Source: Felis catus
Taxonomy: Eukaryota
Assembly (NCBI RefSeq): GCF_018350175.1
Contig: NC_058383.1
Span: 11,720,001-11,784,000, forward strand
Reading direction: 5' to 3'
DNA length: 64,000 nt
Each line of letters opens with the position of its first letter. Within the stretch, counting starts at the first letter, position 1. Position numbers and translations under genes: made by a program. Below the pieces are notes generated by a model that was not told where the DNA came from, did not search any database, and saw nothing but the letters and a program-made list of their open reading frames with translations. Of the stretch, positions 12,215-24,730 are shown piece after piece.

Positions 12215-12330
12215 CTTCTTCTAACTCAACACAGGTGTGAAGTCTGCTCCGTCTCACACGATGTGTTCGCTCCACCAACCTAAAGCACAGTGTCTGGATT
12301 CTCAGTTAATCCTGATTAAACGAATGAAAA
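12215..12330 (+). mobile_element. L2 3' fragment
   Basis: cctaaagcacagtgtctgg...aaacgaatgaa resembles the L2 terminus. Confidence 0.4.
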
Positions 12331-14195
12331 ACTATCTGCTCATCTCGTTTATCATGAAATTACTCAGGCCACAAAACTGGAGACTCTCAGGAAAGCGTCC
12401 AAATGGATTTATGGTTTGAGCGTATTTCTCCTTCCGGCAACGGATCCAGGCACCATCTGGCACTGAAAGCACGAAAGGAAGTTGTACGGGGCTTCTCCTG
12501 GGCAGAATGATAAGGCGCGTGAGCACGCCATCCAGAAGGATTCCATCTGGATCCTTCGACCCCCTCAACACCACCTCCTTTTCTTAACGCCCCCGCAAAA
12601 GGCCGAAATGTGGTTGAGTGAGTGAAAGATACTGTCCCCCTTCTTAAGCTAGCTGTTCCCTTAAGATTCTGAGGGTGGTGCATTCTCATCGTGTCCCTAT
12701 CCCAAGACAAGCACACCCAAGCTTAGGCCTGGTCTGGTCTTCTAGAAAAGAGCAAGCATCTGCCACTTGACTTTCCCCTTTCTTGGAGGAGGTCAACTGC
12801 TTCTCAGCCAGCATTTCACATTCCTGTGTTGACCTCTCCTTAAGAATCTTAACTCTTAAGACTCATAACTCAGTCCTAAACATCTGTTTGAGAATGGGCC
12901 CTTTGATGCGTATATAAGAAAGCATCATCAATAAAGGTCAGCAGAAAACGCAACGCCAAACATTTTTCTTTGTCTTTGAGTCCTTTGGGAACTTGGAGAA
13001 GCCATATCTGAATAAACAGTCCCAAACCTTTGGCAATGATCCGGTTAATTCATTCCTCAGGTATTTGTTGAGATCGTGTAAAGGGTAAGGCACTTGGGGT
13101 CTCGATCCTGTCTCGCTCAGCGGTGAACGGTGCATAATGACTGCCCACCACCTCGTCAGGGTGAGGTTTAAACAGATGACAAGGAAATTTGGCACAGAGT
13201 AAGCGCTTAGTAATAGCCTGGCTTTTCCTCTCCTGGAGCTTCAAGAAGATTCCAATCTAGCAAGGAGATTAAAAATCAAGCTGTGGCATAAGACGAAATA
13301 TGGGAAATCCCATACTAGAAGGCCGAATGTTGCGTTAGGGGAGATTAAAGGAAAGGGGGGCTATCGGTGCCTCAGCTAGAGACCCCTTCATGGGGGCGCC
13401 AGTATTTGCTCTGGGAGTTGAAGGGGAAGAATTACACAGGCAGGGGCTTGGATCATGTCTACAGGTTTCCAGACTGTACCCACAAAGCAGGGGTCCCCCC
13501 CAGGAGCCCACTGATAGCCTGAACTGCCTGGGCGTGCCAGGGTTGGTGGAATCCAATGGACTCTAGGGAGTGAGGAGTCCCTGGGTGACCTTTGATCCCC
13601 AGAGGGGGAGGTGGGGAATGGCCCGAAACACCCAAGGGGAGCAGTGATGTGCCCGCAACCGTGTGGTGAGAAAGGTGATTCTGCAGCACCTGAAAGACAT
13701 ATTGGGGGGCGGGGGTATGTTGAGTGTTGTTGTGAAAGTGGTCAAGAAGCAATTGACGAAGTCCAGGTCGGGAGTCATGAGGGCTTCCATTAAGGCTGTG
13801 GTCGAGGGACACAGAGGAAGCTGCAGACTCCCCACAGAGGGGGCGCCTGGGGCTGGAAGTCAGCTCCGAGGAGAGGGCTAGGAGACTTCGCTGGAAAAGG
13901 GTTTGCGAAGGCAGCCCAGAGCTCCACCTCGGACTGTGTTTGTCCCCTTCCAGCAGCTGGGTGAGTGTCGGGGACACCGATGGAAATAGGAGGGTAGAAA
14001 GCACCCCGAGGTACTCTGTCGCGCCTTCACTAGAAGAGAGGAGGGCTGTGTTTGAAACCAAAATTGTTAGCACCCTCGGTCTGTCTTCATTGGGTCTCAG
14101 GCTTCTCTTTCTTCCGCATTTAAAACACAAGAATGGAGCAGACGTTACGCAGTGTCAGTTTCAATGATTGTAACTGTGGTCTTGAGGTGGCCTTT

Positions 14196-14374
14196 CTTTT
14201 TTCTTTTTTTTAAGTTTACTTTATTTATTTTGAGAGAGAGAGAGAGAGAGAGAGAAGCCCAAGCAGGCTCTGAGCTGGTAGCTTGATGGGGCTTGATCTC
14301 ACACACCGTGTGATCATGACCTGAGCCCAAGTCAAGAGTCGGATACTTAACCGACTGAGCCCCCCGGGGGCCCC
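14196..14374 (-). mobile_element. SINEC (older type)
   Basis: T-tail, (GA)n, gatcatgacctgagcccaagtcaagagtcgg; flanked by gaggtggc. Confidence 0.9.
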
Positions 14375-15109
14375 TGGAGGTGGCACCTTCTGAGCATGGC
14401 TTGCTGAGTTGTACTGCCCTCTACTTGCTCAGAATTTCTTGTATTTCCCTGAACCTCCTGCTATCTTGGTAGTACATACAATCTGTCAGGTACTCCGCAT
14501 CGAATTAGAATTGTTTCCTCTCGGAATACACACGGCCCACTGCAGGAATATTTAGCCCTGATTTTCCCCGGTGGATAACGTGCAAGACAAAAGAGGCTCG
14601 TATTCGATGCGGACCCTCTACAAACACCCGGCAGCAAATTCTGCATCCTGGTTCCTGGTGCTTCAGACACCTGCTTCCTTCCTCCCCCGTCCCACTGTGC
14701 CCTAGTTGCCAGGCAGACAGCCCTCTAAACATCACATAGAAGTTAAGAGGGGGCATCACAAGACTCCTGAATTCTTATTAGGAACCCGTCCAAGGCAAGT
14801 GCCAGGTTTCAGTCTTCTGTATGTCGGGGTGGGGGGGAGGGAGGGGAAAAATATCTAAATTTACTGATTCCCCCCGATGTTTTATTACAATACCATTCCA
14901 AATGCAGCTAAATGGGAAGCTTTTGTACAGTGAACAGTCGTATGCCCACCAGCCATAGTCTACTGTGAGCATTTTGCTATGTTTTCTTCATGACCTTCGT
15001 GTCAATTCATTTATCCCTCGTCCTACAATACTTTTTTCATATAGTAAAAGTAAACCACGATATCCATAAACTCACCCTTACATACTTCAAACTTGCTGTT
15101 CCAATAATT

Positions 15110-15230
15110 GAATAATAACCATGGGTAGCATTTACTGAGCCCTTCCTATATCTCGGGCACTCAGCCGAATGCTTCATACTTGATTTCCTTTTCCTCTTCA
15201 CAATAATCCACAAAGGCAGGATCCTCTCCC
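15110..15230 (-). mobile_element. MIR 3' fragment
   Basis: agcatttactgagccc...ggcact...cttcacaataatcc. Confidence 0.5.
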
Positions 15231-15334
15231 CTGACCTGTTCTCTGCGTTTCACAAAGAAGGTTTGACCTCAGATGTGTAGGACTCTAACGTTCTTCAGCA
15301 GACAAACAAAAAAATCAGGTCAAATGTTGGAGAG

Positions 15335-15413
15335 CGGCAATCCCATGACCATGAGATCACGACCTGAGCCAAAATCAAGAGGCACTCAACTAACTGAACC
15401 GCCCAGGCGCCCC
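15335..15413 (-). mobile_element. SINEC head-only fragment
   Basis: ccatgagatcacgacctgagccaaaatcaagag...cccaggcgcccc with no CT tract or tail. Confidence 0.8.
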
Positions 15414-15769
15414 TAAAACCGGCATTCTTAAGTGGGACAACTGACGCCATCATTAAGATCAATAGACACGTACAAATTTCAAAGTGCCAGGTCAGAATGA
15501 CATAGGCCACTGAACCTTCAATAGTTAGATGATTCCACACAGTAAAGAACTATAATACAGTTGCCTACATGCCCATAAGGACCTCCAGTGCCCCCTGCAT
15601 TTTTCCTTTGTCCTCGCAGGCAGGAGGATTTGTGCAGAACTGGTTTCGGGAGATGCGCCATGAGTCGAAGCAATGCTGTCATACCCACGCCACAGTGTTG
15701 AAGAGTTAGCCCATGACTATCCCTCCGACTCTGTCCGGGCCACATCTCTCATAGAGGTCCTGAGACGGC

Positions 15770-15930
15770 AAGGCCACCAGAGGGAAAGAGCCAGGATCTC
15801 TGAGTCACTGTTTAAAGTTGACAGCCTAAATAACAATCCAAACAAAGAAGTGAAGCCTTCCCTTTAAGCCACTGGGATTTGGAGGTTTGCTGGGTTTTGC
15901 GGCGAAGACGAGCTCATCCTAACTAATGCA
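15770..15930 (+). mobile_element. Old MLT1 (J/K/L-like) 3' fragment
   Basis: tttaagccactgggatttggaggtttg...cctaactaatgca end motif. Confidence 0.55.
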
Positions 15931-16187
15931 CTCTGACAAAACAATACGTGGGCAAGCCAAGAAGCAAGAGCTCTGGAGTAGAGAGAGAAGCTTTATAATA
16001 ATCATTGAAAGATAAGAAGGGTGTCGACATATAGATGGAAGACGGAGGGAATTGCGACTAGGAGGACGGTGGGAGGGAAGGCACGGAGACTAACGTTACT
16101 TAAGTGTTTGCTGTGGGGCTAGAGGTACAGTTGAGTAACATGAAGCTTCATAAGAAGGGGTTTATCGACTATTAAAAATCCAGAGAG

Positions 16188-16366
16188 GGGGCGCCCGGGG
16201 GGCTCCGTTGGCTGAGTATCCGACTCTTGATTTGGGCTCAGCTCATGATCTCAGGGTCGGGAGATCAAACCCCACGTCAGGCTGCGTGCTGAGGGCGGAG
16301 CCTCCTTCAGATCCTCTCTCCCTCTCCTTCTGCCCCACCCTCGCTCGCACTCTCTCCCCGGGAGAG
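16188..16366 (+). mobile_element. SINEC (older type) lacking A tail, 14-bp TSD
   Basis: TSD AAAAATCCAGAGAG at 16174-16187 and 16367-16380. Confidence 0.92.
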
Positions 16367-16843
16367 AAAAATCCAGAGAGTAATCCCAAGATCTGCCTAG
16401 GTGCTGATTTGCTCATCCTCAAACTTCGACATTCAAAATTCTTACTTTAAACTCAATCTGTCTTGTTGCGACATAAGGTCTTCTTGTTCTTGGAATAAAA
16501 AACACAGTTGCTAGCTATCACCCATAAAATATTGCTTCATTAACTTGAAGACTGTAATTAACTACATATCAGCCTTCTGGCTCCAGGCAAATATCCATAA
16601 ATCCTTTAGTCTTCCCTCACAGTCTGCTTCTAACCTGTTAATCATTTTCCCTGCCCTCTTGCCATCATCAGTAGATGGGGAAAAAAGCCCTTTAAATAGA
16701 AGCTAATCACCCATAGCACTCTGTTAGGCACTTTACAGATGCCCTTACATTAGGCGAAATCAGATACACACACAAGCACAAACACATGCATACACAGACA
16801 CACAGTATGGGTCTGTGTGTGTGCTTGGGTATATAAACATATC

Positions 16844-17057
16844 TTTTTTTTTAAATTTTTTTTTAACATTTATTCACTTTTGAGAGAGAGCGAGAGCAGG
16901 GGAGGGGCAGAGAGAGAAGGAGACACAGAATCAGAAGCAGGCTCCAGGCTCTCAGCTGTCAGCACAGAGCCTGACACAGGGCTCGAACCCATGAACCGCG
17001 AGATCGTGACCTGAGCCGAAGTTGGGTGCTTAACCGACTGGGCCACCTGGGTGCCCC
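16844..17057 (-). mobile_element. SINEC
   Basis: Full length; flanks aacatatcttt / aacgtatcttt. Confidence 0.95.
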
Positions 17058-19295
17058 TGAACGTATCTTTAAAAAAAAATAGATTAATGGTCTAGAAAAG
17101 CAGGAAAAAGAGGAGCTTATTTATTTCACAAAAGATCGAACACGTGATTGTTTTAAATAACCAACTCCCCTAGCTACCTTTAAAATAAGATTTAATTTAT
17201 ACCCCTCTAAAAATGCTTACAGCTGTTTGTTATACCAAGGCGCTGGCTGCAGATGCAAGTCTGTTTGTACGAAGGGCTCTCTGCCCTCTGAAAGCACTTG
17301 TATGGCATCTAATTGTAGCGAAATGAACAAACACGCAAACGGGAGCAGGTGAACTACGGGCCTAGGCTTTAACGTGCTGTGTTTTGAGATTTATCGAAGG
17401 ACGGGAGTTGAGAGCTGCCACCAGGGAAAGGGAGGCCACCTGATGACTGGGAGGAGGGGGTTTACTCCTCTTAAGGAGAGGAGGATGAGTGAATAACTGA
17501 GGAGGAGGCGGGTGGAAGGGGAGAAGAATACTCCATACCAGCATGAGGCCGTCACCGTATATTGTGGGACGGGCCTGGGTCACGATGGTTTCTCAACATC
17601 TCTCACATGGTAGGTGTTCACTAAACACTGTGGAATTGACGTGGAAAATGACCTGGAAGCTGGGGGCCAACGTGAGGACAGGGAGGAGTTTGCAAAGGAT
17701 GGCTCTCCCAACCATTCTCTACGTGGAAAGAAGCTGTGGAATAATTGTTTTGCTTTTGCTTTGTCCTTGTTTCTACCAGTAAGCCTAGAATGGCCAGAGG
17801 AAATACTGTGTCCCAAGGGCCAAAGGGACCAGGTCACAGGTTGACTTTACGAGAAACTTTGGAAAAGTGTGTTTTGCCATGTTGGTGGAATTTAATAATT
17901 CCTTTGGCATAGACCTGAGGCTGGGTTACCTAAACTCTCCTGGATCCTGACCGACTCTGGGCCCCATAGAACGTCACCCTCCGGAAAATCAACAACTTGG
18001 CTCTAGACTGGCCCTTTCGAAGGGTTGTTTGCACCAAAGAACTTGGCCACCCGTACCTCAAACGACTGATGAGGAAGTGGATAAAATCTGTCCTCCCCTC
18101 ACGGCCAATGTATAATTCTGTTAAAGACTGGAACCGAAGACGCTCCAGAATACGACTATTTAACCCAAACATTCCACCGTTGACTGTGTACTTGTAAGAG
18201 CTGAGTATGTAGTGCTGACTTTCTGTGACGGTCTTCGTGGGGACAATTTTTGCTTTTACAGCCCTGACATTTGTGAAAGCAGAGGTCATCCATTTTTCTG
18301 AATACCTAATGCGTAGAAAATAGGAAGGTTTAATGAAAAAGACAAGGCCATCCACTCTTAAACCACACATAAATCTCCGCCGTGGGCTCACATGATTACT
18401 TATTCCTCTCATTTGAGCTTGTTAAGTAATTACTACGTAAATTATTAGGATAATGTAATATGCATGACTTTAAGGAATGACAAATTGTAGCTAACTTTCT
18501 TAATTTGTTGCCATAGTTACATTTCTAGAAATTCTAAATTGTTCCTCTTCTCATGTATAAATTACTGTCACCCCGCTACCTGTTCAGCTTTGATTGGCTA
18601 GACCAGAAATACGTGCCAGTAAAATGACTTCATGTCCTTGATGTTTGAAAGCCTTGCCTTGATTCTCCTTCAAAGCGCAGCCGCGTCCAGCCAAGTCAAG
18701 GGTCTGAGCGGCCTCCTTCAGAGGGCGAGAAGACCTTGAAATACAAATCAGGATTAGGCAGCCCGTCCTCACTGAACACTGCCTTCTTTCTTCTTGGCCA
18801 CCCAGCTGACATTGACTAACCACAGACTTGGGGCTAACGTGAAAAGCGGTCATCGTCCGTGTTCGTAAAAACCACAGAAAGGCCCACGCCCTGACGCATT
18901 GACTTAGGTCTTAAGAAAAAGTGTGACTCTCCTTTCTCATTTTCCACAAAATACTGAAGGACACATTAGTCACATCTGTGCCTGAAAGGTAGTCCAGCCA
19001 GAGGACAAGGGAATGCTCTAGAATGGGGTTTTCTGACTGTGCACCTGGGTGGTGAGACTAACTTGTATCACCACGCTTTGCGTCAAGGATGAGCAAAGAT
19101 ACAGTGGGCATTACGGCTCAAATGCAGACAGAAACAACAAGCTTGAGCAAAGTAATTTGACATGGCAGAACTCAAAGTAAAAACGCCCCGGAAACTGTAG
19201 CGTTCAAGGCAAAACACATTAACATAAAGGGACATTCCGTTCTGGTGATGGGTGTAACATTCAAGGGTACCAAGAGGTAAATAAAAGACGGCTAT

Positions 19296-19425
19296 CAGAA
19301 ATAGAAAAAACCAGAAAAATAGAAATAAAAATAGAAATAGAAATAATAGAAGTAGAAAATAGAAATAAAATAGAAATAAATAGAAATAGAAATAGAATAG
19401 AAATAAAATAGAAATAAAAATAGGG
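19296..19425. repeat. Degenerate (AATAGA)n-type microsatellite
   Basis: Directly visible; source of the F/Y/L-rich minus-strand ORFs. Confidence 0.9.
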
Positions 19426-19927
19426 AAAAAAACAGGAAACAATACATGTGAGCGAAAACACAAATCCTTAGGTAGCTGTGTGTTTTAATGATGAAACATT
19501 TGAACAGCAAAATATGAGTGGATTCATTAATATCTATTTGTCTATCTACTTGGATCACATCTCTATGTATCTATAAACCTCTTTAATCTACAGAGACTCT
19601 GCCTCCCTATTAAGCATTTATGAGAGAATTGGCCATATAGCAGGTCTTGAGGAAAACTTAATAAATTTCAAAAGGCAGAAATTGCAGGGTTCATATTTTC
19701 CGATCACAATGCAAATAAGAATAATGATAATTATAAATGCTTAAAATACCCACTTACTTGGAAATTAAAACAAAAACTATAATAAGTTGCTGAGTCAAAG
19801 AGGAAATCACAACCATAATCATAGGCCATTCAAAAAATAAAGAAGACGGAATAATGCCTATCAACTCTGACGGAAGGCGGTTAAAGTGGAATTGAGAGAT
19901 AAATGTGCCCTTGCACATACTTAAATT

Positions 19928-20152
19928 AAAAAAAAAATTTTTTTTTTACTGTTTTATTCATTTTTGGGAGAGAGAGAGAGACAGAGCGTGAGCAGGGGAG
20001 GGACAGCGAGAGAGCCAGACACAGAATCCGAAGCAGGCTCCAGGCTCTGAGCTGTCAGCACAGAGCCCGACGCGGGGCTCGAACTCACGGATCGCGAGAT
20101 CGTGACCTGAGCCGAAGTCAGACGCTCAGCCGACTGAGCCACCCAGACGCCC
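19928..20152 (-). mobile_element. SINEC with 16-bp TSD
   Basis: TSD TGCACATACTT(A/C)AATT at 19912 and 20153. Confidence 0.96.
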
Positions 20153-21242
20153 TGCACATACTTCAATTTTCAAACCAGGAAGGATCAAAATAAACCAACT
20201 CGTGTTCCAACTCAAGAGATGTTCAAATGGCCGAGCCAAGAAATCAGACGCACCGCTCTGGGCAAGGAGGCTTGTGAGGGGGTGGAGTGGGGAGAGAAGG
20301 AAAGGGGGCGGGCTGAGCTATGAGTCATCTGCTTTCTGTGATTGGCCTGTGATGTCCACAACAGATGGGAGTCAGGGGTGCGGTGGGGGACCTCAAATCA
20401 TTTACATAAAAGCTCCTGTCCTTTATGTTTGCCCAACAGAACCATTGCTTTCCCTCTCTCTTCTTTGTTTATCTGGAACTTTCTACCTTTTGCCACCCCC
20501 CCCCCCCCCGCCCCCTGCACACATTTGCAAGTGACGTGCCGGTGTGATTATTCAGTGGGGGCTTCTGATCTGACTAGCTGCCCAGGGCATGCGCACTCAT
20601 GTTCTAGAACAACCTATGAGTACATTTCACAGCAGACCCCAATTCGAGGCACAGTTGATTCTAGCAAAGAGGTACACCTAGCCAATGAGCCTTTCTTAAG
20701 GTGACAGATGGATGTAAGTGAAATAATGCTTCTGGAGCGCGGTTTCTAGCTGGTACCTTCCAAATGCTCAATAAATGTTAACTATTAGACCCTTTTATTT
20801 TACTGCGTATATTTATGTAGCGAGAAAAACTGTAAAGCTATTCCTCTTTTCGTAATAGAGTTCAGAAAAGCGACTGAATAAAAGGCAAATAAAAATAAAT
20901 ATATTTACTATAGTCTATCAACATGCTTAAAAATATAGTGAGAAAATCCTGTGTGGGAACGTTGCAAAATAAAAACAGAAGAGATAGAACAAAGCAAAGA
21001 CTGATACCAAATATGATAAAAAATGTGCAAGACTTATCTGAAGGGAAATACACAATTTCACTGGGAAAAATATGAATGAATAATGGAGAGAGATACTATA
21101 TCCCTTGATTGGAAAGACTGAATATTTAAGAATGTAAATTACTCTCAACTTAAGGTATATTTCGGCCTAATCTAAGAAAAATATTAATGGAAGTTTTTGG
21201 CGGGGGACACCTTTGAATCATGATTTTAAAGTTCATCTGGAA

Positions 21243-21743
21243 CATAGGGGAAGGGAAGGAAAAACAAGATAAAAAGAGAGAGGGAGGCAAACCATAAGAA
21301 ACTCTTTTTTTTTTTAACGTTTTTATTTATTTTTGGGACAGCGAGAGACAGAGCATGAAGGGGGGAGGGGCAGAGAGAGAGGGAATCACAGAATCGGAAA
21401 CAGGCTCCAGGCTCTGAGCCATCAGCCCAGAGCCCGACGCGGGGCTCGAACTCACGGACTGTGAGATCGTGACCTGAGCTGAAGTCGGACGCTTAACCGA
21501 CTGCGCCACCCAGGCACCCCAAGACTCTTAAATACAGAGAGCAAAACTGAGGGGTTGCTGGAGGGGAGGGGGGGAGGTGGAGGGGCTAAGTGGGTGATGG
21601 GCACTAAGGAGGCCACTTGTTGGGATGAGCCCTGGGTTTATATGTAAGTGATGACTCATTCAATTCTACTCCTGAAGTCATTATTACATTAATTTTAGCT
21701 AACTTGGATTTAAATGAAATCCAAAAATTAAAAAAAATAGAAA
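21243..21743 (+). mobile_element. 5'-truncated carnivore L1 3' end with 17-bp TSD
   Basis: gggaggcaaaccataag...gactcttaaatacagag...gtgatgggcactaaggag; perfect TSD TTAAAGTTCATCTGGAA at 21226-21242 and 21744-21760. Confidence 0.92.
21306..21520 (-). mobile_element. Young SINEC_Fc-type nested in carnivore L1
   Basis: gagccatcagcccagagcccgacgcgggg, ccgactgcgccaccc; interrupts the L1 aagactctt site. Confidence 0.96.
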
Positions 21744-21812
21744 TTAAAGTTCATCTGGAAAAATAAAAAGTATTCAACTTTACGAAATACAAATTAAAAC
21801 TACAGTGAAGGA

Positions 21813-22025
21813 GGGACACCTGGGTGGCTCAGTAGGTTAAGCATCTGACTTTAGCTCAGGTCATGATCTCACGGTTCATGAGTTCGAGGCCCCGTAACGG
21901 GCTCTGTGCTAACGGGTCAGAGCCTGGAACCGGCTTCGGATTCTGTGTCTCCCTCTCTCTCTGCCCCTTCCCCATTTGTGTTCTCTCTCTCTGTCTCTGA
22001 AAAATAAGTAAACTTAAAAAAAAAA
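21813..22025 (+). mobile_element. SINEC
   Basis: Head, B box, (CT)n, A tail. Confidence 0.94.
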
Positions 22026-22392
22026 TGCCACAGTGAAAGATCTCTGTACACCTATTAGAAAGGCGAAAACAAAACATAATCCTAGTTACTGCAGAGACAC
22101 GGGGGGTTCTCATACATCGCTGGTGGTTATGGAAAGTGGAACAGCCATGATGGGAAACTGGCAATTTTTAAATAAAATTTGATGTACGCTGACCATAGGA
22201 CCCAGCAATGACACCCTGCGGCTCTATCCCAGATAAATGAAAACTTACGTTCACCCAAAAATTTGAACACAAATGTTTGCAGCACCTTTCTTTGCAGCAA
22301 CCCCAAACTGGAAAGAATCCAAATGTCCTTCAATGGGTGAATGGGTGAATGAGTCCTGGCCAATGAAATACTACTCAGAAAAAAAAAACCTC

Positions 22393-22433
<41 letters not shown>

Positions 22434-23205
22434 GAATGAATTGTTGATATACACAAAATCCTGGATGGATCTCAAGGGCTTTATGCTTAGTGAAAATACG
22501 CCAGTCTTAAAAGGTTATATGCTGTATGCTTCCATTTATATCACATTCTTCAAATGTCAGAACTACAGAGATGGAGAAAAGATTGGTGGTTGCTGGGGAC
22601 AGGGATGCAATTATAAAGAAAGAGAAGTAAAGGGGGCGGGGGTCTCATGCAGAAGCCCCCTGTGGTGACAGAGCAGCCTGTGTCTTGGCCGTGTTAGTGT
22701 TTGCACAAATCCGTGCATGGGAGAAAATCAAAACTGTGTGTTGTATATAAAAATGGTGCATTCATGGGGCGCCTGGATGGCTCAGTCGGTTAAATGCACG
22801 ACTTCGGCTCAGGTCATGATCCCACCATTTGTGAGCTGGAGTCTTGGGTCGGTCTCTGTGCTGACAGCTCAGAGCCTGGAGCCTGCTTCGGATTCTGTGT
22901 CTCCCTCTGTCTCTCTTTCTCTCCTTCTGCCCCTTCCCCACTCATGCTCTGTCTCTCTCTCTCAAAACTAAACATTAAAAAAATTGTTTGGGAAAAAAAA
23001 TGGCGCATCCATGATGTAGTAATGTTGATAGTCTAGTTAACAGTACGAGAGCTACAGATGTCAATGTTCTGGTCTCGACATTGTACAATAGTTACGTAGA
23101 ATGTTACCAGTGGGGAATGATGGGTAAAGGGGACCCGGGACTCCATGTACTGTGTCTTGTAACTTCCTGGAAGCCTACAGTTATGTCACATGAAAAGTTT
23201 TAAAA
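22026..23205 (+). mobile_element. L1MC/MD-type 3' end (ORF2 C-terminus plus 3' UTR)
   Basis: ORF 22273 MFAAPFFAATPNWKESKCPSMGEWVN resembles L1 ORF2 MFIAALFTIAKTWNQPKCP; contains (AAT)12 at 22393-22428 and a SINE. Confidence 0.8.
22766..22996 (+). mobile_element. SINEC with TSD
   Basis: Flanks aaaatggtgcattcat / aaaatggcgcatccat. Confidence 0.95.
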
Positions 23206-23765
23206 CAATCAGGAAGAAAAAGGGGTAAGAATCACGAAGAATTGAGGGATTCGCGGAAATCACAAAATTAAAATAAGGAGAATGGTGTGATGTGATTCGC
23301 CCTGACACATAAGGAGCATAACCGCGAAGCTATGTAATGAAAATATGTTAGGAGTTGTGAGCCAACGTGAAACGGAAAACATAGCAAAGAATCAGGGGCT
23401 AGAATGTGTGATGAAGGGCCGCAGTCAGAAGGGAGGGCTCATGACTCAACTCCGGTTCAAAATAAATTCCAGATTATTAAAGTGTCCAGGAAGAAAACAA
23501 GCTCATAGTAAATTGATTGATGGATAGGAAAAGACTTTCTAATCGTAACAATCTATGGGTTACATCATAAATACATCAAACTGCTATTCATCCAAAACAT
23601 TGTAAATCATGACAGCAAACAAGCAAAGAAATGTAAGGGGAAATGACTATTAATTCTTACTTTATTGGAAAAGATCTTTTGAATTGATAAGAAACAGAGC
23701 ATCTCAATGGAGAACTGTAAAAAAAAAAAAGGATATCAATAGACATCAAAAAATAAAAAATGTTC

Positions 23766-23995
23766 GGGACACCTGGGTGGCTCAGTCGGTTAAGCGTCCA
23801 ACTTCAGCTCGGGTCAAGATCTCTCAGTCCGTGAGTTCAAGCCCCGCGTCGGGCTCTGTGCTGACAGCTCGGAGCCTGGAGCCTGCTTCGGAGTCTGTGT
23901 CTCCCTCTCTCTCTGCCCCTCTCTCACTTGCACTCTGTCTCTCTCTGTCTCTCAAAAATAAATAAACATTAAACAAAATTTAGAAAAAAATAAAG
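23766..23995 (+). mobile_element. SINEC
   Basis: Full-length structure. Confidence 0.95.
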
Positions 23996-24054
23996 TAAAC
24001 AAAAAGTGTTATAATTATTCAACCTAACGAATAATCAGAAAGGAAATTAAAGAA

Positions 24055-24730
24055 ATGATGCAGTCATTCTGGAAAACAATTTAGCAGTTTCTTAAAAAAA
24101 AAAATTATACACACGCAAATACCATCTGATCTGGCAATTATACTCCCGGGCATTTATCTGAGAGAAATGAAAACATGTTCACACAAAAACCCGTATGCAA
24201 ATGTTTATCGCACCTTATCCAAATAGCCGAAACTGGAAACAGCCCCGATGTCCTTCAAAGGGTGGACGGTTTCACCAACTGTGGTATATCCATACCATGG
24301 AATACTATTCAGCAACAAAAAGGAACAGCCTCTTGTTACCCACGACAATCTGGGTAAACGTCTAGAGAATTAGGCTGAGTGGAAAAAGGCAATCCCCCAA
24401 AGGTTACATACTCTATGTTCCACTCACGTAGAACTCTCGACGTGACAAAATTCACAAAATGGAGAACGTGTTAGTAATTGTCAGGGGTCAGGGACACGGA
24501 GATGGGAGGAGTGAGGAGTGAGTGTAGTAACAAAAGGGCAACGTTAGGGATCTTTGTGGTGAGAAAATGTTCTGTATTTTGACGGTATCAGTCGCAATGG
24601 TGATAATCGACCTCTAATTTTATGAGATGTTACCACCGGGCAGCAGGGGGGACAAGGGGACGAGAGAGGTCTCTGTACTAGTTCTCACAGCTGCATGTGA
24701 ATCTACAAGTATTTCAAAGGAAAACAACAA
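24055..24730 (+). mobile_element. L1MC/MD-type 3' end
   Basis: tgtggtatatccataccatggaatactattcagca; ends ctgcatgtgaatctacaagtatttcaaa. Confidence 0.8.

Noticed and set aside
13830..13848. CTCF-like AGGGGGCGC
   Set aside because: The 5' half does not fit the CTCF core in register.
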